DNA from: Bacteroidetes bacterium HGW-Bacteroidetes-4
GTDB taxonomy: Bacteria; Bacteroidota; Bacteroidia; Bacteroidales; SZUA-534
Length of the DNA stretch: 64,000 nt
Reading direction: 5' to 3'
Assembly (NCBI GenBank): GCA_002840905.1
Contig: PHDD01000005.1
Location: 3,012-67,011, forward strand
Every line of letters begins with the position of its first letter. The stretch's first letter is position 1. Of this stretch, positions 57,314 through 64,000 are shown piece after piece. Made by a program: the position numbers and the translations under genes. The notes under the pieces were generated by a model. It worked only from the letters and a program-made list of their open reading frames with translations, made no database searches and had not been told where the DNA came from.

Positions 57314-58579
57314 ATGGATAGCAAAGCATATTTAGATATGAGCCTTTTAAGGTTCACTACTGCAGGAAGTGTCGACGATGGAAAAAGCACCCTGATTGGG
57401 CGATTATTATACGATAGCAAATCAATTTTTGAAGATCAACTATCGGCCATAACCGAAACCAGTAAACGCAAAGGTCAGGTAGAAGTCGATTTAGCACTCC
57501 TTACCGACGGCTTGCGGGCTGAACGCGAACAAGGCATAACCATTGACGTAGCTTACCGTTATTTTGCCACACCCAAACGCAAGTTTATTATTGCCGACAC
57601 TCCCGGACACATACAGTACACCCGAAATATGGTTACCGGAGCATCAACCGCTAATCTGGCTATCATATTGGTCGATGCACGTCATGGCGTGCTGGAACAA
57701 ACACTCCGCCACACCTACATTGCTCACTTACTGAACATTCCTCATGTTGTTTTTTGTATCAACAAAATGGACCTGATTAATTATGGCCAGGAAACCTACG
57801 ATGAAATTAAAAAAGAACTGGAACGACTAAGTCAAAAACTTAAACTACGCGATGCCCACTACATTCCCATTTCGGCAAAATATGGTGATAATGTAGTTGA
57901 CGAATCGGAAAATATGAATTGGTATCAGGGAACTACCTTATTGCATTTGCTCGAAACCATCGAAATTAATGAAGATCGTAACATGAACGATGGTCGATTC
58001 CCGGTACAATATGTTATCCGCCCGCAACAAAAAGATTTTATTGACTATCGTGGGTATGCCGGCCGGGTAGCCAGTGGTATTTTCCGACCGGGCGATAAGG
58101 TGAAAGTTTATCCATCAGGGCTTTCAACAACCATAAAAGCCATCGATTTTTATAACGAAGAAATTGATGAAGCCTTACCACAGCAATCGGTAACCATTCG
58201 TTTAAGCGATGAAATAGACATTAGCCGTGGTGGAATGATTGTTCACGAAGGTAACGAACCCAACCTTAGCACCTCGTTTGACGCCGATATTTGCTGGTTC
58301 AATGAACGCCCGCTCGACGCAAGCAAGAAATATATTCTGCGACACACCACCAACGAATTAAAATGCATGATTAAAGGAGTAAACTTCAGAACAAACATCA
58401 ACACCTACGAAAAAGATTTTGAAGATGTGACCATTCGAATGAACGAAATTGCCAACATTACCCTTACTACAGCAAAACCCATGTACTTTGATTCGTACCG
58501 AAAAAGCCGCATCACCGGAAGCATCATTCTAATTGACGAAGGCACCAACGAAACCGTAGCCGCCGGAATGATTAATTAA
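57314..58579 (+). CDS. cysN: Sulfate adenylyltransferase subunit 1 (GTPase), without a fused APS kinase domain
   Basis: 421 aa with G motifs GSVDDGKST, DTPGH and NKMD, and EF-Tu-like domains II and III. The length excludes a CysC fusion. Confidence 0.93.
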   Translation: MDSKAYLDMSLLRFTTAGSVDDGKSTLIGRLLYDSKSIFEDQLSAITETSKRKGQVEVDLALLTDGLRAEREQGITIDVAYRYFATPKRKFIIADTPGHIQYTRNMVTGASTANLAIILVDARHGVLEQTLRHTYIAHLLNIPHVVFCINKMDLINYGQETYDEIKKELERLSQKLKLRDAHYIPISAKYGDNVVDESENMNWYQGTTLLHLLETIEINEDRNMNDGRFPVQYVIRPQQKDFIDYRGYAGRVASGIFRPGDKVKVYPSGLSTTIKAIDFYNEEIDEALPQQSVTIRLSDEIDISRGGMIVHEGNEPNLSTSFDADICWFNERPLDASKKYILRHTTNELKCMIKGVNFRTNINTYEKDFEDVTIRMNEIANITLTTAKPMYFDSYRKSRITGSIILIDEGTNETVAAGMIN

Positions 58580-58603
58580 GTCAACAATTTGTAATCATAA
58601 CAG

Positions 58604-58637
58604 AAACCCCGGAACTTTTCCGGGGTTTTGTCTTTTA
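58604..58637 (+). terminator. Rho-independent terminator after cysN
   Basis: AAACCCCGG (58605-58613) / CCGGGGTTT (58621-58629) with a 7-nt loop, followed by TTGTCTTTT. Confidence 0.75.
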
Positions 58638-58751
58638 TAAAATCATGCGGCAGAAACAAGTTATAGGTCGCCGATATTGTCAAACTATAAAGTTTTTTAT
58701 ATCCAAGTTTGTTGTTACTTTTACACCAGTTATTTAGAAAAATATAATATA

Positions 58752-59996
58752 TTGAAATTTATCGATTTTAACCTCCATCAGAATGTTTTTGAGGGAGTAG
58801 AAGCCATGGGTTTTGAGGAACCTTCACCAGTTCAGAAACTGGTAATTCCCTTAGCAATACAAGGAAAAGATTTAATTGCCTGCGCACAAACCGGAACAGG
58901 TAAAACAGCCGCTTATCTTCTGCCATTAATGCACCATTTAAGCATCAACCGGTCGAGTAAAATAAAAGGACTAATTCTGGCCCCAACCCGCGAGTTGGTT
59001 TTACAGATAGATCAACAATTTCAGGGTTTTGCCTATTATACCGGATTGGAATCAATTGCTATTTATGGAGGTAACGATTCCTCGGTTTGGGAACAACAAC
59101 GCGTAGCTATTGAACGTGGATGCAATGTGTTAATTGCTTCGCCCGGCAGGTTGTTGTCGCATTTGAACCTGGGTTATGTTGATTTAAAAGAACTTGAATT
59201 TCTGATTCTGGATGAAGCCGACAAAATGCTCGACATGGGCTTTGTTGACGATCTGGTTAAAATTATCAGCTACATACCCGAAAAGAGACAAACGTTACTT
59301 TTCTCGGCTACCATGCCACCAAAAATAAGAACCCTGGCCAATAAAGTTTGCAAAAAACCCGAGGAAATAAACATTGCCGTTTCAAAACCTGCCGAAGGGG
59401 TATTACAAGCTGCTTATCTGGTTTACGACAATCAAAAAAATAAACTTATTGCCCATCTTTTGGCCGAAAAAGAGTTGGATAGCGTTATCATATTTTCATC
59501 GACCAAACAAAAGGTAAAATCGCTGGTTGGTGATTTGGTAAAAGCCGGTTTTGCTGCCAAAGCCATTCATTCCGATTTGGAACAATCGGTACGGGAGTCG
59601 GTAATGCGCGATTTCCGAAACCGCAAGTTCCCCATTTTGGTAGCAACCGATATTGTGTCGCGAGGAATTGATATTGATAATATTGGTTTAATAGTAAATT
59701 ACGACGTTCCCCACGATGCCGAAGATTATGTACACCGTGTTGGGAGAACGGCAAGGGCCAGCTCAACCGGAGTAGCACTGACTTTTATAAACCCAACCGA
59801 TATTCAACGATTTGCCCGAATCGAAAAATTAATTGGCGACACCATTTATAAAGCACCCAATCCTGAATCAATAGGCGCGGGTCCTGCTTACGAACCAGGC
59901 AAAACAAAGGGTGGAAATAGAAACTATTCTAAATCGAAAGGGAACAAAAATAAAAACTTCCGAAAACCATCGGGCCACAATAAACAATCCAATTAA
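58752..59996 (+). CDS. DEAD-box ATP-dependent RNA helicase (RhlE-like)
   Basis: The Q motif (GFEEPSPVQ), motif I AQTGTGKT, DEAD, SAT, and HRVGRTARA are present, with a basic Lys/Asn-rich tail. The track ORF begins at a TTG at 58677. I prefer the TTG at 58752 (LKFIDFNLHQNVFEG, the usual helicase N-terminus). The start is uncertain. Confidence 0.85.
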   Translation: MKFIDFNLHQNVFEGVEAMGFEEPSPVQKLVIPLAIQGKDLIACAQTGTGKTAAYLLPLMHHLSINRSSKIKGLILAPTRELVLQIDQQFQGFAYYTGLESIAIYGGNDSSVWEQQRVAIERGCNVLIASPGRLLSHLNLGYVDLKELEFLILDEADKMLDMGFVDDLVKIISYIPEKRQTLLFSATMPPKIRTLANKVCKKPEEINIAVSKPAEGVLQAAYLVYDNQKNKLIAHLLAEKELDSVIIFSSTKQKVKSLVGDLVKAGFAAKAIHSDLEQSVRESVMRDFRNRKFPILVATDIVSRGIDIDNIGLIVNYDVPHDAEDYVHRVGRTARASSTGVALTFINPTDIQRFARIEKLIGDTIYKAPNPESIGAGPAYEPGKTKGGNRNYSKSKGNKNKNFRKPSGHNKQSN

Positions 59997-60048
59997 ACAA
60001 CAAGTTCAACTTAAATAAAAACACATCGGATAAAGTTTTTTTGGGTAC

Positions 60049-60729
60049 TTACTTTTGATAGTTTTCTCTTAAATACTGCTGTAATTCGGCTTTTATCCGT
60101 TGGTTTTTTTCTTCTTTGGTAAATTGTTGATGCGAATAATAAATTAACAAAGTAGCCAATCCTACAATATTTAATTGTTCATCGGGACCTATCATTCCCC
60201 GGTATTCCACATCGGCACTCATTTTTTTCAGTTGTACATCTATCATCATTTGCGACGATGGCCATTGACTGGCCTGGCGCGATTGCAAACTCATGATGTT
60301 AAGGTTACGTGTTGCATTACGGGTTTCCAAATCGGGCTGATTATTAAGGAACGACTGTTTAAATTGTGCCCGGTTCATAAAAGGCAGAATTATTACCTCC
60401 GATAACATTATGGTGTCGCGACGCAGTACAATTCCGGCAATATAATGCTTTAAAACCAAGCTGTCGGGAACAACATAAATGTAAGGTTTATAACCCAGGT
60501 AAGTAAATTTTAAGGTGTCGGAAGTGTTAATTTTAAGAGAAAACTGACCACCGGCATCAGTCAACGCCCCCCGATTCCGATGCGACACAATATGAACATT
60601 GGGCAAAGCAGTTAAACTATCTGCACTTAAAACCACTCCGCTAAGCTGAATGGTGTCGGGATGAACAAACTGTGCTTTTAATGGTAAAGAAAAAGATAAA
60701 AAAAGGGCCACAAACCAGATATTTTGCAT
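60049..60729 (-). CDS. Secreted carboxypeptidase-regulatory-like domain protein
   Basis: 226 aa with a signal peptide. LSGVVLSADSLTALPNVHIV...TDAGGQFSLKI...LKFTYLGYKP matches the CarboxypepD_reg pattern. The C-terminal half is unassigned. Confidence 0.6.
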   Translation of the reverse strand: MQNIWFVALFLSFSLPLKAQFVHPDTIQLSGVVLSADSLTALPNVHIVSHRNRGALTDAGGQFSLKINTSDTLKFTYLGYKPYIYVVPDSLVLKHYIAGIVLRRDTIMLSEVIILPFMNRAQFKQSFLNNQPDLETRNATRNLNIMSLQSRQASQWPSSQMMIDVQLKKMSADVEYRGMIGPDEQLNIVGLATLLIYYSHQQFTKEEKNQRIKAELQQYLRENYQK

Positions 60730-60823
60730 AATTTTTTGATTTATAGTGATTCAATTTAAGAATTTATTAATTTAGTACGGTCATTTTCCCGTTATTTCGG
60801 GTATCCGACACAAAAAAAGTTAA

Positions 60824-61657
60824 ATGCAAACTCCCATTATGATAAAAAAACTGTTTTATCTGGGCCTTTTAATGAGCGTTTTAATATTTGTCCAGTGTAA
60901 AAAAGAACCCTTAACTACTCAGGTAAAGGTGCAACACCTGACCGATTTTGAAAGCCATGATGGTTCCATAAATCTTACTATTTCCGGAGGAAAAGAACCC
61001 TATAGCTTAACCTGGTCGGTTCCCTCAACTGATACTGTACTAACTGGTTTAGCTGCTGGAACCTATTATGTTACGGTAAACGATGTCGGGAAAAGCTGGC
61101 TTATCGATACCATTGTGGTTAACCAACCGCTCTGGCCGGTATGTGTCGACAATGAAGGAAACAGTTACAAAACAGCACAAATCGGGGGACGTATCTGGAT
61201 GATGCAAAACCTACGAACTACCATAAATCCACAGGGAGAACCCATAAAAACCATAGAAATAAGTGACAGTATTGAATCGCTTGAGAAATACGGCCGCCTT
61301 TATACCTGGAGCGAAGCCATGAACAAAAGTACTGAACCGGGTTCGCAGGGCATTTGCCCCGACGGCTGGTATATACCTACCAACGACGATTGGGAACTAC
61401 TTATCGATAATATTTCGACTGTTGATAAAGAAATCCCCAATCTGGTTAAAGAACTATCGCTCACTTTCCCCGGTTTTTATAATAACAGCATACAAAACAC
61501 CGATGTGTCTGTTAGCTTCTGGACTTCGGGCGAAGCAGGCGATAATGCCTGGAAAATATATTTCCATAAAAGCTTATCGAAAGCATTTAAATACCACGAA
61601 CCAAAACAAAATGCCATTTCAGTTCGCTGCATCAAAAATCAGGGGTCGGAAATTTAG
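60824..61657 (+). CDS. Lipoprotein with an SprB-like repeat and a FISUMP (Fibrobacter succinogenes major paralogous) domain
   Basis: 277 aa with the lipobox LIFVQC. The SprB-type repeat is SHDGSINLTISGGKEPYSLTWS...GLAAGTYYVTVND. FISUMP hallmarks are NSYKTAQIGGRIWMMQNL, GRLYTWSEA, CPDGWYIPTNDDWELL and VRCIKN. Confidence 0.7.
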   Translation: MQTPIMIKKLFYLGLLMSVLIFVQCKKEPLTTQVKVQHLTDFESHDGSINLTISGGKEPYSLTWSVPSTDTVLTGLAAGTYYVTVNDVGKSWLIDTIVVNQPLWPVCVDNEGNSYKTAQIGGRIWMMQNLRTTINPQGEPIKTIEISDSIESLEKYGRLYTWSEAMNKSTEPGSQGICPDGWYIPTNDDWELLIDNISTVDKEIPNLVKELSLTFPGFYNNSIQNTDVSVSFWTSGEAGDNAWKIYFHKSLSKAFKYHEPKQNAISVRCIKNQGSEI

Positions 61658-61984
61658 CCGGCTGAACAAAGCATTTGATTATTTTTTCAACTAAAATTTA
61701 TTTAGCTGGACGTGTTTTGCTTTATAATACCAAATCAGACTGCTGCACAGGATAAAAACACAACGAGCGCTTTAGAGAAACAACTCACTCATTTTGATTT
61801 ATTTAAACTATGTTTAAATGGTGAATACCCCTATTTATTTTAAACGAAATCAAAATTTATTTGTATAAAACTTTTTTTTGATGCAATTTACACTTCATTA
61901 ACAACAACAACTAAACAACAATTTCATGCCCGATCGATCTTTAAACATGCGACTGCATGAAAAAGATTCGTGAAGATCCATAAT

Positions 61985-62022
61985 CAGCAAGGCTAACTGT
62001 AATTCTAGCCTTGCTGTATTTT
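61985..62022. terminator. Perfect 11-bp hairpin next to the 3' end of the M20 amidohydrolase gene
   Basis: CAGCAAGGCTA (61985-61995) / TAGCCTTGCTG (62006-62016) with a 10-nt loop. The T-run (TATTTT) is on the plus strand only, although the only adjacent gene end (62042) is on the minus strand. Confidence 0.45.
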
Positions 62023-62041
62023 GGGCTTTCTTAACAAAAAA

Positions 62042-63187
62042 CTAACGGATAGTAAAGTGTTGCTCATAAACTTTGTAAAATAAGTCAACACCATAAGATA
62101 TAATATCGTCGGGAAAATTGTAGTCAGGATTATGCAACTTGGGTTGCTCCTCACCGGCACCCAAACCAAAAAACACACTTTTAAAACGTTTTGAGAATTG
62201 CGAAAAATCTTCGGCCCAGGGCATGGGCTTATCAAGAAATACAATGTTATAATCCAACTCTTCAGCCCCCTCTTTAATTTGCTGAACCAACGATGGGTTA
62301 TTTTGAGTGCTTGGATATATATCGGTAAAACTAAGTTCCGATTTCAATCCATGGCTATCAGCAATTTCTTTTATTGAAGTTTCAACCTGCTGAATCAGCA
62401 CATCCATATCAGCATCATCAAAAGAACGCAAGGTAATTAGTACTTCTGCCTGTCCGGGTGTAGTTCCAAAAGACCGTTCGCCAAGTTGGGCATGAACAAT
62501 GGTTGCCAAAACATAATCAGAAAACAACTCTTTTTTATTTGGTAGTAAGGTAATGGCTTCAATAATTTTTGAAAGAGCCAGTGCCGGACTTATACCTTTT
62601 TCCGGTTCAGCCGCATGCGATGTTTTACCAAACAGTTTAACGGTTATGCCTTGCGAAGCCGCTGTAAACGTGTTGTTTTTTAAAAGAATGCTCCCCTTTG
62701 TAAAACCCGGAATATTGTGTAACGCGTAGCAAAATTCGGGAGTAATGCGTTGAAAATTTGGGTCGTTAATTACCGCTAAAGCTCCTTCGCCGGTTTCTTC
62801 GGCAGGCTGAAACAGCAAAACTACTTTTCCTTTTTGAGGACGGTTTTTACTGATGTGCCCCGCCAAACCTACCAAAATAGCCATATGACCATCGTGTCCG
62901 CATTGATGCCCTATGCCATGAGCCCGCGATGCATAATCAATTACGTTAATTTCTTTTATGGGCAATGCATCCATATCGGCCCTAAATAATACAGTGGGCC
63001 CTGGTTCTAATCCTTTAAACACAAAAGCCACCCCAAAACCTCCCAAATTATCAATAATTTCATCGGGCTGATACTTTATAATGGTTCGCTTTAATGCTTC
63101 GGCTGTATATTCTTCGAAACCTGATAATTCAGGATTCTGATGTAAGGTTTGTCGTATGTTTATTAAATGTTGAATATCCGTTTCCAT
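62042..63187 (-). CDS. M20D-family amidohydrolase (N-acyl-L-amino acid amidohydrolase / hippurate hydrolase-like)
   Basis: 381 aa with IRQTLHQNPELSGFE, RADMDALP, HQCGHDGH and LLFQPAEETGEGA, the metal-binding motifs of the M20D subfamily. Confidence 0.85.
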   Translation of the reverse strand: METDIQHLINIRQTLHQNPELSGFEEYTAEALKRTIIKYQPDEIIDNLGGFGVAFVFKGLEPGPTVLFRADMDALPIKEINVIDYASRAHGIGHQCGHDGHMAILVGLAGHISKNRPQKGKVVLLFQPAEETGEGALAVINDPNFQRITPEFCYALHNIPGFTKGSILLKNNTFTAASQGITVKLFGKTSHAAEPEKGISPALALSKIIEAITLLPNKKELFSDYVLATIVHAQLGERSFGTTPGQAEVLITLRSFDDADMDVLIQQVETSIKEIADSHGLKSELSFTDIYPSTQNNPSLVQQIKEGAEELDYNIVFLDKPMPWAEDFSQFSKRFKSVFFGLGAGEEQPKLHNPDYNFPDDIISYGVDLFYKVYEQHFTIR

Positions 63188-63269
63188 CGCATAATAATTT
63201 TTGTAATCATCAAATATTTAATGCCATATTTGCATCCGTAAAAAAGCAAAAATAAAACAGAAAAAACGA

Positions 63270-64000
63270 ATGTTACTGAAAAAATACATGGTGTATGGCA
63301 TAGTTATACTTGCCATGCTTTTTTGGAGTGCTACTTATATTTGGTATAAGGTTGTTTTTGAAACGCTCCGGCCCATTTCGGTAATGACCATTCGCTTACT
63401 TTTTTCTTCAATGTTTCTATTGATTTTTTCGTCACTTATTAAAAAACTGCAAATTCCCAATCGGAAAGATTTTGGATGGTTACTTTTATTATCGTTGTTT
63501 CAGCCTTTTTTATATTTTCTGGCCGAGAGTTACGGCGTAAGCATAGTTTCGCCAACCGTTGCTGCAGTTATTATCTCAACCATACCGGTTTTTACTCCGC
63601 TTGTAGCTTACCTGTTTTTTCGACAAACCATTACCATTTATAACTTTTGGGGCATTCTTATTTCTTTTATCGGGGTTATTATGGTGTTGCTGGGAAAGAG
63701 TTTTATGTTCGACGGCTCGGTTTTAGGGCTAATTATTTTAATTGGCGCAGTGCTTTCAGCTCTTGGTTATGCCGCAATTATTGTACGGTTAACCGATAAG
63801 TACAATGCGTTTACCATAATCAGCTGGCAAAACCTGTTTGGCTTTTTTTACTTTTTGCCTTTCTTTTTTATTTTCGATTACAAGCATTTTGTAACAGCCC
63901 CTTTTAGCCAAACCCTTGTTTTAAACCTTATTTACCTTAGCCTTTTTGGCTCTTCACTTGCTTATGTTTTGTTCACGTATTCCATTAAAACCATTGGAAT
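63270..64000 (+). CDS. DMT-superfamily (EamA-like) transporter, N-terminal roughly 243 aa. The gene continues beyond the right window edge.
   Basis: The frame is open from ATG 63270 to the window end and is not in the track because no stop lies in the window. My translation is MLLKKYMVYGIVILAMLFWSATYIWYKVVFETLRPISVMTIRLLFSS...AESYGVSIVSPTVAAVIISTIPVFTPL..., with multiple TM helices and an EamA-type pattern. Confidence 0.75.
   Translation, partial: MLLKKYMVYGIVILAMLFWSATYIWYKVVFETLRPISVMTIRLLFSSMFLLIFSSLIKKLQIPNRKDFGWLLLLSLFQPFLYFLAESYGVSIVSPTVAAVIISTIPVFTPLVAYLFFRQTITIYNFWGILISFIGVIMVLLGKSFMFDGSVLGLIILIGAVLSALGYAAIIVRLTDKYNAFTIISWQNLFGFFYFLPFFFIFDYKHFVTAPFSQTLVLNLIYLSLFGSSLAYVLFTYSIKTIG

Noticed and set aside
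1-64000. Scanned for CRISPR arrays, long direct or inverted repeats, IS elements, prophage or defence-island signatures
   Set aside because: I found no regularly spaced repeats, no transposase, integrase, restriction, Cas or toxin-like ORFs, and no obvious compositional break. The window appears to be core chromosome.

Overview
This window looks like an ordinary, mostly housekeeping chromosomal segment of a Bacteroidota genome. Three things support that assignment: two proteins end in T9SS C-terminal sorting domains, a TonB-dependent receptor carries an N-terminal CarboxypepD_reg domain, and canonical TTTG-N19-21-TAnnTTTG promoters sit in front of both tRNA genes. I can support about 55 protein-coding genes.

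Core metabolism and translation genes: gpmI, class II B12-dependent RNR nrdJ, waaA, dxs, acpP-fabF-rnc, folB, glnS, lepA, ald-like, hppA, lplA, mnmD, dtd, a DEAD-box helicase, and cysH-cysD-cysN.

Envelope and secreted proteins: a 1148-aa outer-membrane protein, a TonB-dependent receptor, a T9SS glycoside hydrolase, a T9SS endonuclease I and a FISUMP lipoprotein.

Sensors: a partial beta-propeller sensor, a LytS-type kinase, and two Cache-HAMP-GAF-PAS proteins.

RNA genes and signals: tRNA-Cys(GCA), tRNA-Phe(GAA), and a set of clear Rho-independent terminators.

I found no rRNA, CRISPR array, transposase, integrase, phage gene or recognisable defence or toxin-antitoxin module, and no convincing novel multi-gene system.

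The items most worth a second look are:
1. Tandem output-less Cache-HAMP-GAF-PAS sensors, one ending in an HPt-like domain whose phospho-acceptor His is replaced by Asn.
2. A 650-bp gene-free region (24842-25494) with a repeated 13-mer and strong plus-strand terminators with no gene to terminate, which may encode small RNAs.
3. A cytochrome c-PQQ sugar dehydrogenase tightly coupled to an orphan TonB-dependent receptor, a possible PQQ scavenging pair.
4. A DUF2061 gene upstream of the APS-reductase-type sulfate assimilation operon, cut by an in-frame TAA.

All functional calls come from motif recognition by eye. No database search was run.
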